From Alphaproteobacteria bacterium (GTDB lineage Bacteria; Pseudomonadota; Alphaproteobacteria; JAAEOK01), in contig JAAEOK010000075.1 in the NCBI GenBank assembly GCA_024244705.1, forward strand, positions 29,320 to 93,319: a stretch of DNA of 64,000 nucleotides. Reading direction: 5' to 3'. Below are positions 8,797-17,396 of the stretch, piece after piece. Below the pieces are notes generated by a model. It saw only the letters and a list, made by a program, of their open reading frames with translations, was not told the origin of the DNA and searched no databases. A program made the translations under genes and the position numbers. Each line of letters opens with the position of its first letter. Position 1 is the stretch's first letter.

Positions 8797-10383
8797 CTAT
8801 GCGCCCAGGTGACCGCTGTGCTCGGACGGTGAGCCGACCTCGTGCTTCTCGGCGGCGAGCCGCTTGAGCGCCAGGCGGTCGGTCTTGCCGGTCGGATTGA
8901 GCGGTATTTCGTCGAGGAACTCGATCTCCTCGGGCGCCTTGTAGCCGACCCGGTCGCGGGCAAAGCGGATCAATTCGTTGACCGGTGGCGGGGTGGCCCC
9001 GTCCTCGAGCGCCACATAGGCGCGCACGTTCTCGCCATGGAGCAGGTCGTAGACTCCGATCGCGCCGACAGCCGCCACGGCGGGATGCTCGAGCAAGGCC
9101 TCCTCGACCTCCTGGGGGCAAATATTCGAGCCGTCGTGAACGATGATCTGCTTCTTGCGGCCGCAGAACCAAAGGAAGCCGTCCTCGTCCGACTTCATCA
9201 CGTCGCCGGTATCGAGCCAACCCTCGCGGTAGACCTCTTGCGTGGCCTGCGGGTTGTCCCAATAGCCCACCGTGCTGGTCGGCGTCTTGGCCCACAAACG
9301 CCCCTCGACGCCGTGCGCGACTTCCCGGTCCTGTTCGTCGCGAATGGAAAAATGAAACCCATGGACGGGACGACCGACCGAACCCAATCTATAGTCGTCG
9401 GACGGCGGGCTAAGCGTGGCCAAGCCGATTTCCGTCATGCCATAGCCTTCATCGATGGGGAAACCCGTCAGCTCGGTAAATTCTTTCTCGAGCTCCGCCG
9501 GCACCTTGTCACCGCCCGAGCGCACCAGGCGGAGCGAGGCGAAGTCCTCACGGGTCGCCCGGTGCTCGCCGACAAAGCGCAACAGCGCCGCCGGCAGCAT
9601 GCACAGCACGGTTGGTCGCTCCGACCGCAACAAAGGGATGATTTCGTCGCCGTCGAAAGTACGGACCACGATGACGCGGGCACCGACCGACAAGGCCGCG
9701 AATGAAAACAGGAAGCCGCCGAGGTGGGATATCGACGAACCCGGCATCATGACGTCGCCGGCCGTGAGTTCGAAACCATGGGCGCAGGCGGCGAACATCC
9801 ATCCAAGCGTGTTGTGGGAATGGGTGACGCCCTTGGGTTTGCCGGTGCTGCCCGAGGTGAAAAAGATGACCGCAGGATCCTCCGCAAGCGGTGCCGCAAA
9901 CGTGGTGTCGGAGGCTTCGCGCGCGACCAATTCCTCGAAGGCCGGGCGGCGCCCGTCATCGGCGCCATAGGAGATCAAGCCGTGCGACAATTGGCCGGCC
10001 AACCGGCTGTCGGCGATGTCCGGGTCGCGCTCGGCATGGGCGAACAGGACGGCCGCGCCGCTGACCTCGAGCGCGTGATCGATCTCCGGCGCGGTGTAGC
10101 GGTAATTGAGCGGGGTCGCGACGAGGCCGGCGCGGAGACAGGCGAGGTAATGGATCAACAAGGCGTCCCGGTTGGGCATCAGCGAGGCGACCCGCGTCCC
10201 GGGGGTCAGGCCGAGGTCGCGCAGACCGGCGGCGACATTGGCCACCGCGTGGTCGAGTTCGCGCCAAGTCCAACGCCGTTCCGCTGAAACCAGCGCGGTC
10301 TCGTCGGGCTTGGCCTGCACTTCGGGACGCAGCAGACCGGCGATCTCGAAGGGTGCTTTCAGGGGATGTCCGGTGAGAGGCAT
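8797..10383 (-). CDS. AMP-dependent synthetase/ligase (acyl-CoA synthetase, fatty-acid-CoA ligase family)
   Basis: AMP-binding motif FTSGSTGKPKGV, an adenylation core and a C-terminal ligase domain. Confidence 0.8.
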   Translation of the reverse strand: MPLTGHPLKAPFEIAGLLRPEVQAKPDETALVSAERRWTWRELDHAVANVAAGLRDLGLTPGTRVASLMPNRDALLIHYLACLRAGLVATPLNYRYTAPEIDHALEVSGAAVLFAHAERDPDIADSRLAGQLSHGLISYGADDGRRPAFEELVAREASDTTFAAPLAEDPAVIFFTSGSTGKPKGVTHSHNTLGWMFAACAHGFELTAGDVMMPGSSISHLGGFLFSFAALSVGARVIVVRTFDGDEIIPLLRSERPTVLCMLPAALLRFVGEHRATREDFASLRLVRSGGDKVPAELEKEFTELTGFPIDEGYGMTEIGLATLSPPSDDYRLGSVGRPVHGFHFSIRDEQDREVAHGVEGRLWAKTPTSTVGYWDNPQATQEVYREGWLDTGDVMKSDEDGFLWFCGRKKQIIVHDGSNICPQEVEEALLEHPAVAAVGAIGVYDLLHGENVRAYVALEDGATPPPVNELIRFARDRVGYKAPEEIEFLDEIPLNPTGKTDRLALKRLAAEKHEVGSPSEHSGHLGA

Positions 10384-10554
10384 GGTTTACGCCCAATCGG
10401 AATGATCAAATCATGGCCGACAGGTCCTAATCGATCCCCGCCCCGAGCGAAAGGGTTTTCGGCGCGTCGTGGATTTCATCGGGGCGCATGGTGACCAAAG
10501 CGTGATTTCTTGGCCCTTTCGCGGAATGCGGAGAGCGCCTATATATAGGGCGTC

Positions 10555-10862
10555 GGGCAACCGACTATGGCGATAAACGATGTTCGCAATAAGCAATGCG
10601 GACCCGGGGGCGGTACCCGGCGCCTCCACCATCTACCGGTTTTCGTCGCGGCCTCGGCGCGGCGTCACGTTATGGGGGCGAAATAGGATCGACGCGTGTG
10701 TAAAGGTATATCTTTCGCTCGGCATGGTACCACCGTTATCGGGCCAAAACCAAAGATGCCAATGACAACGATTTGGCTCTCGCTGCTTAATAGCTAAGCA
10801 AGCGCGGTTCGGGGGGCACCGGGCAACAGAAGCCCCCCACTGTTTGGTGAATGCGAACGGGG
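10555..10862 (+). ncRNA. ssrA: Two-piece (circularly permuted) tmRNA gene ssrA, encoding tag ANDNDLALAA; ends about 3 nt before the sspB ATG
   Basis: - Acceptor piece: a 5-7-5 T-arm (CCGGG-GGCGGTA-CCCGG), a CGCCTCC 3' acceptor strand and discriminator A-CCA (10621-10631), i.e. the gene-level sequence ends GCCTCCACCA.
- Coding piece: after a 42-nt spacer, starts at 10674 with GGGGGCGAAATAGGATCGACG (tmRNA 5' consensus GGGGnnGAnnnnGGAUUCGACG), whose GGGGGCG pairs with CGCCTCC.
- Tag ORF: GCC AAT GAC AAC GAT TTG GCT CTC GCT GCT TAA TAG (10758-10793) gives ANDNDLALAA, a double stop inside the canonical stop hairpin, and an LAA ClpX degron.
- P2: the 3' tail GGTGAATGCGAACGGGG is complementary to GTTCGCA in the acceptor-piece 5' region.
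- Boundaries are approximate. Confidence 0.75.
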
Positions 10863-10864
10863 TC

Positions 10865-11350
10865 ATGACGCAGGCTGACTACAACTATAACCTTCTCGTT
10901 CACGACGCACTGACCGGCGTCGTGCGCGGCGTTTTGACCGACGCGGCGAAGAACGGGTTGCCCGGACAGCACCATTTCTACATTACCTTCTCGACCGGCC
11001 ACCCCGGCATCGAAATGCCCGACTATCTTCGCGTTCAATACCCGGAAGAGATGCCGCTGATATTGCAGCACCAGTTCTGGGGTTTGGACGTATTCGACGA
11101 TTCGTTCGAGGTGACACTCAGCTTCAAGGGCGTTCACGAACGCCTCCATGTCCCGTTCGAGGCGATCACGACCTTCGCCGACCCCTCCGTCAATTTCGTT
11201 CTTCGCCTCGGCCTCGTCGATTCCGACGAGATCGGTGACGGCGAAGAAACCGCGCCCGAAGGGGCGACGCTGCACCAGGACGACCTGCCCGTGATCGATG
11301 CGGACGACGGCGACAATGTCGTTTCCATCGATTCCTTCCGCAAAAGCTGA
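10865..11350 (+). CDS. sspB: ClpXP adaptor SspB (stringent starvation protein B), SspB-alpha type
   Basis: Strong similarity to alphaproteobacterial SspB: ...HHFYITFSTGHPGIEMP...YPEEMPLILQHQFWGL...FEVTLSF...LHVPFEAITTFADPS... and a C-terminal ClpX-binding tail VVSIDSFRKS. Start taken at the ATG MTQADYNYN (10865); alternative TTG/GTG codons lie at 10844/10847. Confidence 0.8.
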   Translation: MTQADYNYNLLVHDALTGVVRGVLTDAAKNGLPGQHHFYITFSTGHPGIEMPDYLRVQYPEEMPLILQHQFWGLDVFDDSFEVTLSFKGVHERLHVPFEAITTFADPSVNFVLRLGLVDSDEIGDGEETAPEGATLHQDDLPVIDADDGDNVVSIDSFRKS

Positions 11351-11483
11351 GCCACTCACCGGCCCTCTTCGGCTCGGGGCTCCCGGCATTGCATTGCCGC
11401 CGTTTTCATTTCAAGGTGTGAGGGACGTTCGGACTCTCTTCCGCCGCCGGATTTCAATGTGAGTCTCAACTGCCGACAATTTC

Positions 11484-13103
11484 ATGCCCGATAGCCCCAG
11501 CTTTTCCTATCACGAGATGTTTCCGCTCGGTGCGGACGATACCGCGTATCGCACGCTGACCGCCGATTTCGTCTCGGAGGCCGTTTTCGAGGGCGAACCG
11601 GTGCTGAAAATCGATGCGGAGGCGCTAACGCTGCTGACCCGCGAGGCCTTTCGCGATTGCTCGCATCTGTTGCGCAGCGGCCATTTGAGACAGTTGCGCG
11701 CCATCCTCGACGATCCCGAGGCATCGGACAACGACCGCTTCGTCGCCCTCGACCTTCTGAAGAATGCCAACATCGCGGCCGGCGGCGTCTTGCCGATGTG
11801 CCAGGATACCGGCACCGCCATCGTGATGGGCAAGAAGGGGCGCAACGTCTGGGTCACGGGCAGCGACGAGGAGGCGATCGCACGCGGCATCTTTCGCACC
11901 TATACCGAATCGCACCTCCGCTACAGCCAGGTGTCGCCGCTGTCCATGTTCGAGGAGAAGAACACCGGATCCAACCTGCCGGCTCAGATCGAGATCTATG
12001 CCACCGTGGGCGATGCCTACAAATTCCTCTTTATGGCCAAGGGCGGCGGTTCCGCCAACAAGACGTTCCTCTACCAGCAGACCCCGGCGGTCTTGAACGA
12101 AGACTCGCTGATCTCGTTCCTCGACGAGAAGATTCGCACCCTTGGGACATCCGCCTGCCCGCCTTACCACCTCGCGATCGCCATCGGCGGCACGTCGGCC
12201 GAGCTCAATCTCAAGACCGTCAAGCTGGCCAGTACGCGCTATCTCGATACGCTGCCGATCGCCGGCGGCGCCGAAGGTCAAGCCTTCCGTGATTTGGCGA
12301 TGGAGGAAAAGGTTCTCGACCTGACCCGGGCCATGGGTATCGGCGCCCAGTTCGGCGGCAAGTATTTCTGCCACGATGTCCGGGTTGTCCGCCTGCCCCG
12401 TCACGGTGCTTCGGTGCCGATCGGGCTTGGCGTCTCGTGCTCCGCCGACCGCCAGATACTCGGCAAGATTACCCGTGACGGCGTGTTCCTCGAGCAGCTC
12501 GAGGCCAATCCGGCACAATACCTGCCTGAAATCACCGGCGACATCCTCGGCAGCGACGTTGTTCGCCTCGACCTGACCCGACCGATGGCGGACATCCTCG
12601 GCGCGCTGACCAAGCACCCGGTCAAGACCCGCCTATCACTGACCGGTCCGATGATCGTCGCCCGCGACCTCGCCCACGCCAAGTTGAAGGCGCGGCTCGA
12701 CGCCGGCGAAGACCTGCCCGCCTACATCAAAGCCCATCCGGTCTATTACGCCGGCCCGGCCAAGACACCCGAAGGCTACGCCTCGGGTTCGTTTGGCCCG
12801 ACCACCGCGGGACGCATGGATTCCTATGTCGATCAGTTCCAGGCCGCCGGCGGCTCGTTGGTCATGCTGGCCAAGGGCAACCGCTCGCGCCAGGTCACCG
12901 AGGCCTGCAAATCCCACGGCGGCTTCTATCTCGGTTCGATCGGCGGCCCGGCGGCGCGACTGGCCCAGGATTGCATCAAGAATGTCGAGTGCATCGAGTA
13001 TCCGGAACTCGGCATGGAAGCGATCTGGCGTATCGACGTCGAGGATTTCCCCGCTTTCATCGTGACCGACGACAAGGGCAACGATTTCTTCGACGCAATC
13101 TAG
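11484..13103 (+). CDS. fumA: Fumarate hydratase class I (Fe-S dependent, FumA/FumB type)
   Basis: Full-length, near-colinear similarity to E. coli FumA ([73 protein letters not shown]...). The ATG at 11484 aligns with the FumA N-terminus. Confidence 0.9.
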   Translation: MPDSPSFSYHEMFPLGADDTAYRTLTADFVSEAVFEGEPVLKIDAEALTLLTREAFRDCSHLLRSGHLRQLRAILDDPEASDNDRFVALDLLKNANIAAGGVLPMCQDTGTAIVMGKKGRNVWVTGSDEEAIARGIFRTYTESHLRYSQVSPLSMFEEKNTGSNLPAQIEIYATVGDAYKFLFMAKGGGSANKTFLYQQTPAVLNEDSLISFLDEKIRTLGTSACPPYHLAIAIGGTSAELNLKTVKLASTRYLDTLPIAGGAEGQAFRDLAMEEKVLDLTRAMGIGAQFGGKYFCHDVRVVRLPRHGASVPIGLGVSCSADRQILGKITRDGVFLEQLEANPAQYLPEITGDILGSDVVRLDLTRPMADILGALTKHPVKTRLSLTGPMIVARDLAHAKLKARLDAGEDLPAYIKAHPVYYAGPAKTPEGYASGSFGPTTAGRMDSYVDQFQAAGGSLVMLAKGNRSRQVTEACKSHGGFYLGSIGGPAARLAQDCIKNVECIEYPELGMEAIWRIDVEDFPAFIVTDDKGNDFFDAI

Positions 13104-13123
13104 AGCGGGCGCGGAGGCAGGAC

Positions 13124-13636
13124 ATGCGCCGGATATTGGGGGCAGTTGGACGAATCCTGATCGGCATATTCGTCGTCTACATCCTCGCCGCCGCGATCTT
13201 CGGGCGGACCGAATTGCTGGCCTTGTTTTTTGGCCCGGTGGACCAGAAGAGCATCGATTTCACGACCCTCGAATTGCCGGCAACGCCGAATACCTTCCTC
13301 GCCTGTCCGCCCGAGGTCTGCGCGGCGGCCGCCGATATCGAAAGCCCGATCTTCGCCATCCCGGTCGATGAATTGCGGGTCAAATTCCTCGAAATGGTGG
13401 CGGCGCTCCCCGCCATCACCCTGCTCGCCAGCGACCCGGTTGACGACCAGTACGACATCCGCGAAACCTCGGTGATATTCGCCTTCCCCGACACCATGAC
13501 CGTGCGCCTGTTCGAAAATCGCGACGGCACGTCGACGGTCGCGATCTATAGCCGTTCGCACTACGGAAACGACGATTTCGGTGTCAACGAACGGCGCGTG
13601 CGCTCATGGCTGCACAAGCTGGCCGCGGAACCATGA
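13124..13636 (+). CDS. DUF1499-family membrane-anchored protein
   Basis: Internal start MRRILGAVGRILIGIFVVYILAAAIFG (TM helix) with GGAGG 6 nt upstream. The C-terminal region (...AIYSRSHYGNDDFGVNERRVRSWL) resembles DUF1499. The ORF-track extension back to 12971 overlaps fumA and is rejected. Confidence 0.55.
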   Translation: MRRILGAVGRILIGIFVVYILAAAIFGRTELLALFFGPVDQKSIDFTTLELPATPNTFLACPPEVCAAAADIESPIFAIPVDELRVKFLEMVAALPAITLLASDPVDDQYDIRETSVIFAFPDTMTVRLFENRDGTSTVAIYSRSHYGNDDFGVNERRVRSWLHKLAAEP

Positions 13637-14253
13637 CCGAATTCGTCTTCGACGGTCCGGCCGGTGCCGGTTGGACGATCGCACTGGCTCATGGGGCCGG
13701 CGCGCCGATGGATTCGCCGTTCATGGAGCACGTCGCGAACCGTCTCGCCGAGGCCGGACTACGGGTCGCACGGTTCGAATTTCCCTATATGGCCGGGCGG
13801 CGACGGGACGGTCTCCGGCGCGGTCCCGATCGCGCGCCTGTCCTGATCGAGACCTGGCATTCCGTGATCGGCGCCTTGGGTCCGCAGCGGCTGGTCATCG
13901 GCGGCAAGTCGATGGGCGGGCGCATCGCCAGCATGGTCGCCGACTCGGCCGGCGTTTCGGGGTTGGTTTGCCTCGGCTATCCCTTCCACCCGCCTGGAAA
14001 GCCCGAACGGACACGGACCGATCACCTGGCGGCCCTGCGGACGCCGGCCCTGATCTGCCAGGGTGAACGCGATCCATTCGGCACCCCGGACGAGGTGGCC
14101 GGTTATCGGCTGGCCACCTCGATTCGCGTCTTCTGGTTGGCCGACGGCGACCACAGTTTCAAGCCGCGTAAGAAATCCGGCCGCACCGAGGGCCAAAACT
14201 GGGATGACGCGGCGGCGGCGATCCGCGGCTTCGTCGCCGGCCTCGGCGCATGA
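13633..14253 (+). CDS. Alpha/beta-fold hydrolase (predicted esterase)
   Basis: GGKSMGGR nucleophile-elbow motif (G-x-S-x-G). The start MTEFVFDG overlaps the upstream stop as ATGA. Confidence 0.65.
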   Translation: MTEFVFDGPAGAGWTIALAHGAGAPMDSPFMEHVANRLAEAGLRVARFEFPYMAGRRRDGLRRGPDRAPVLIETWHSVIGALGPQRLVIGGKSMGGRIASMVADSAGVSGLVCLGYPFHPPGKPERTRTDHLAALRTPALICQGERDPFGTPDEVAGYRLATSIRVFWLADGDHSFKPRKKSGRTEGQNWDDAAAAIRGFVAGLGA

Positions 14254-14282
14254 TCCGGTTGGCCTGAGGCAGCGCCGCCACG

Positions 14283-14918
14283 ATGCCCGTAGACACGGCC
14301 ACTCTTGCGGCCTTCATCGCCGCCTCGATACTCCTGGTCATGTCCCCGGGACCGGACACGTTGCTGATCCTGCGCAACACCATGATATCCGGGCATCGCA
14401 CCGGTTTGGCCACGGTGCTTGGCGTACAGCTCGGCTTGCTCGTTCACACCGCCGCGGCGGTGCTCGGGCTCTCGGTTCTGATCGCCTCGTCGCCGCCCTT
14501 GTTCGGCGCGGTCGCGCTTGCCGGCGCGGCCTATCTTGCCTGGCTCGGGGTTCAGTCGTTTCGTGGCGGTGTCGTGCCGGTCGACGCCGGCCGGGTCAAT
14601 GGGCATGCGATCACACCGTGGCGCGGATGCCGTGACGCCATCCTCACCAACGTCCTGAATCCGAAAGTCATCCTATTGTTCATCGCGCTGATGCCGAATT
14701 TCGTGGTCGTCGCGAATGGCAACGTGCCGCTCCAGCTCACCGTGCTCGCGATCACGCTGATCGGCGTCAATGTCATTTGGCAGGTGGCGATCTGGGCGGC
14801 CACCGAACAAGCGCGGCGCTGGCTCGGCGACCCGGCGATACAACGCGCCGTGTCGTGGGCGACGGGCCTCATTCTCATCGTATTCGCCATCGCGATCCTG
14901 ATCGAACACCTGTTGTAG
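14283..14918 (+). CDS. LysE/RhtB-family amino-acid exporter
   Basis: Six-TM protein with the LysE/RhtB N-terminal signature (...AASILLVMSPGPDTLLILRN...). Confidence 0.8.
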   Translation: MPVDTATLAAFIAASILLVMSPGPDTLLILRNTMISGHRTGLATVLGVQLGLLVHTAAAVLGLSVLIASSPPLFGAVALAGAAYLAWLGVQSFRGGVVPVDAGRVNGHAITPWRGCRDAILTNVLNPKVILLFIALMPNFVVVANGNVPLQLTVLAITLIGVNVIWQVAIWAATEQARRWLGDPAIQRAVSWATGLILIVFAIAILIEHLL

Positions 14919-14949
14919 GCTGGGGTGCCGTGCGGGTGGGCTCCCGGCA

Positions 14950-16716
14950 TCAAGGCCGAAGGCCGGCCTTCAACATGGCATCGCGGTGGTGCGCGCGATC
15001 TTCGTCTCGCTTGTAATGCTGGGTCTCGAGGTAGACATCGGTTGAAAATTTGGGGATCAGTTTGCGGATTTCATCGGCGTGCGCCGATGCCGACTCGGCA
15101 TCGCCGAGTTCGGCGAAGCTGGCGGCGAGGATGGCGTGGTGGGTTTCGTCGGGCGCGGTGATGTGCCGCAACGCATTGATCGCCTGATCGTATTGGCGCG
15201 CGACGAATTGTGCCCGGCCCAAATGAGCCCAGTAGCGCTCCGGATGGTAAGGGTTTCGGCGCATGGCCTTGCGGATCCATTCGATCCCTTCCTCCGGTTG
15301 CCCGATCCAGGTCAGGATCTCACCCTGCTGCACGACGACCAGATCGTCGTTGGGATTGAGGGCCAGGGCGCGGTCCTGGTGGTAGACCGCCTTGTCGTGC
15401 TCCTCGTGGGCCACGCATACCGCCGCCAAAATTCGATGCACGTCGCTGTCGTTGTCATCGAGCGCCAGGGCCAGTTTGAGCTCGGCCCCGATCTGCTCCC
15501 ATGTCTGGTCGCGGTCGGCGCACCAATTGTGGACCCAGGATTGTCCAAGCGTGCAGGCCCTCCAGGCGTGGGCATGGGCATATTTGGGGTCGAGCTCGAT
15601 GGCGCGGTCGAGTATCCGCAGCGCCTCCTCGTTTGTTTCCTTCGAGCTGCGGTGATGAAGGATCTTGCCGGTCAAGAGGCACTCGTAAGCGGCCATGTTA
15701 TCGGTCAATTTGCGTTTGACCCGGTCGTGGGTGGCGGCTTCGAGCCGGCCTGGCAATGTCGCCACGATCGTCGATGTAATCTCGTCCTGGATTTCGAAGA
15801 TATCCTTAAGTTCACGGTCGTAGCGTTCGGCCCAGATATGGCCATCGGTTTCGGCGTCGATGAGCTGCACCGTTACCCGCACCCGATCGCCCGCCTTGCG
15901 CACGCTGCCTTCGACGACGAATTGCACGCCGAGTGTTTTCGCGAATTCCGCGATATTCACCGGCTGGTTCTTGTACTTGAAGGCCGAGTTGCGCGAGATG
16001 ACGAAGAGCTCGCGAAACCGCGACAGCTCGGTAATGATGTCCTCGGTGATACCGTCAGCGAAGAATTCCTGATCGGGATCACCCGACATGTTGTTCAGCG
16101 GGAGCACCGCGATCGACGGTTTGTCGGACCGTCTCGGCCCACCGTCAATCTGAGGTGCGGGTGGACCGGTGTCGACGCCTTCGAGGCCCTCGGCGCGAAC
16201 CGCATAAACCCGCACCGGGGCCTGAATATTTTTCACCTGCTGCTCGCCGAGGTCGGCGAACTTCATATCGACCTTGTTGTGAACCTGGTCATAGGCCGTG
16301 CCGGAAATGCAAATACCGCCGGGTTCGGCGAGCGCCTCCAGGCGAGCAGCGACATTGACGCCGTCGCCGAGAATGTCGTCGCCATCGATGACAATATCGC
16401 CGACATTGATGCCGACCCGATACAGAATCCGACTCTCGGATGGAACAGCTGCTTCGCTTTCGGCAAGCCCTTGCTGAACTTCGACGGCACAATGAACCGC
16501 ATCGACGGCGCTACCGAATTCGACCAGCGCACCGTCCCCGGTCAACTTTACCACCCGCCCGGCATGCTCCGAGATGGATGGATTCATGATCGCCTCGAAA
16601 TGATTTTTCTGGCGCGTAATCGTGCCCGACTCGTCGCGCTCGATGTGGCGGCTGTAGCCAACCATGTCGGTTGCCAAAATGGCGGCCAGCCTACGAACTA
16701 CCTTCTTTGCGCGCAC
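14950..16716 (-). CDS. Class III adenylate/guanylate cyclase (CHD domain) fused to TolB-N-like and TPR repeat domains
   Basis: N-terminal CHD domain (RRLAAILATDMVGYSR...VKLTGDGALVEF...GINVGDIV...), then an sRFRELFVISRNS region and C-terminal TPR repeats. The ORF-track start is a TTG at 16764; a GTG at 16716 (GGTGG 7 nt upstream) is proposed but uncertain. Confidence 0.7.
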   Translation of the reverse strand: MRAKKVVRRLAAILATDMVGYSRHIERDESGTITRQKNHFEAIMNPSISEHAGRVVKLTGDGALVEFGSAVDAVHCAVEVQQGLAESEAAVPSESRILYRVGINVGDIVIDGDDILGDGVNVAARLEALAEPGGICISGTAYDQVHNKVDMKFADLGEQQVKNIQAPVRVYAVRAEGLEGVDTGPPAPQIDGGPRRSDKPSIAVLPLNNMSGDPDQEFFADGITEDIITELSRFRELFVISRNSAFKYKNQPVNIAEFAKTLGVQFVVEGSVRKAGDRVRVTVQLIDAETDGHIWAERYDRELKDIFEIQDEITSTIVATLPGRLEAATHDRVKRKLTDNMAAYECLLTGKILHHRSSKETNEEALRILDRAIELDPKYAHAHAWRACTLGQSWVHNWCADRDQTWEQIGAELKLALALDDNDSDVHRILAAVCVAHEEHDKAVYHQDRALALNPNDDLVVVQQGEILTWIGQPEEGIEWIRKAMRRNPYHPERYWAHLGRAQFVARQYDQAINALRHITAPDETHHAILAASFAELGDAESASAHADEIRKLIPKFSTDVYLETQHYKRDEDRAHHRDAMLKAGLRP

Positions 16717-16911
16717 GTCCTGCCACCCGCCCAACTCCGGAACACCACAGTATAGAGTACACAAACAGTTTGCGGTTTGGACTCTTTTCGCGACCCGGGC
16801 TGTCGATGGGAACCGGGATGCGTGGGCTCAAACAGCCAACCACGACGATTTGATTTGCCCGCTTTGAGCCAAGTGTTAGCCTATTTCCATGCAATGACGG
16901 AAACATCGGCC

Positions 16912-17271
16912 ATGGCGAAACCAAACGAATTCGTCGAATTCCTGCTTGAGCAGTTGGCCCCGCTCGGGCCGGTTACGGCGCGGGCCATGTTCGGCGGTCA
17001 CGGCATCTATCTCGACGGCGCGATGTTTGGTATCGTCGATGGTGACGGTTTCTACATCAAAGGCGATGACCTAAACCGCGCAAGCCTAGAAGATGCGGGC
17101 ATGGACCGCTTTGCCTATGAGTCCAAGGGACGGCCGATGACGATGTCCTACTACGCGGTCCCCGGCGACGCGCTCGACGAACCGGAAGTCCTCTTGCCGT
17201 GGGTCGAATCGGCGATCGCCGCGGCGCGGCGGGCCAAGGCAAAAAAGAAGCCTCGCAAGAAAGCCCGCTAG
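16912..17271 (+). CDS. TfoX/Sxy N-terminal-domain protein
   Basis: MAKPNEFVEFLLEQLAPLGPVTARAMFGGHGIYLDGAMFGIV...FAYESKGRPMTMSYYAVP matches the TfoX_N domain. A Lys-rich C-terminal tail follows. The N-terminal ORF extension is judged spurious. Confidence 0.6.
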   Translation: MAKPNEFVEFLLEQLAPLGPVTARAMFGGHGIYLDGAMFGIVDGDGFYIKGDDLNRASLEDAGMDRFAYESKGRPMTMSYYAVPGDALDEPEVLLPWVESAIAAARRAKAKKKPRKKAR

Positions 17272-17317
17272 CGCCGGGACGCCGTGAGGTTGGTCACAAA
17301 CGACGACCGCTCGCGCC

Positions 17318-17352
17318 GCTCATATTCGGCGCCGGGTGCATTGTTTTTTCAT
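17318..17352 (+). terminator. Candidate intrinsic terminator/attenuator hairpin (GCGCCG-N8-CGGCGC) followed by a T6 run, between the TfoX-like gene and fumC
   Basis: Seen in sequence: gcgccgctcatattcggcgccgggtgcattgttttttc. The stem is GC-rich and the T-run lies about 10 nt after the stem. Confidence 0.3.
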
Positions 17353-17396
17353 GAGGCCGAGAACATGTGCGCCCCCCGATGCCCGAACAAGTCACG

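Noticed and set aside
10555-10862. Considered whether the tmRNA could be a standard one-piece tmRNA.
   Set aside because: There is no T-arm/CCA 3' end downstream of the tag reading frame before sspB begins. Instead the CCA-terminated tRNA-like 3' half lies upstream of the GGGGGCG 5' end, the hallmark of the permuted alphaproteobacterial arrangement. The non-canonical T-loop (GGCGGUA instead of UUCGAAU) leaves some doubt.
10411-10866. Small ORFs 10411-10632 (-), 10633-10866 (-) and 10580-10765 (+) in the acyl-CoA synthetase-sspB gap.
   Set aside because: The region is explained by the two-piece tmRNA gene. The ORFs have no SD or domain support.
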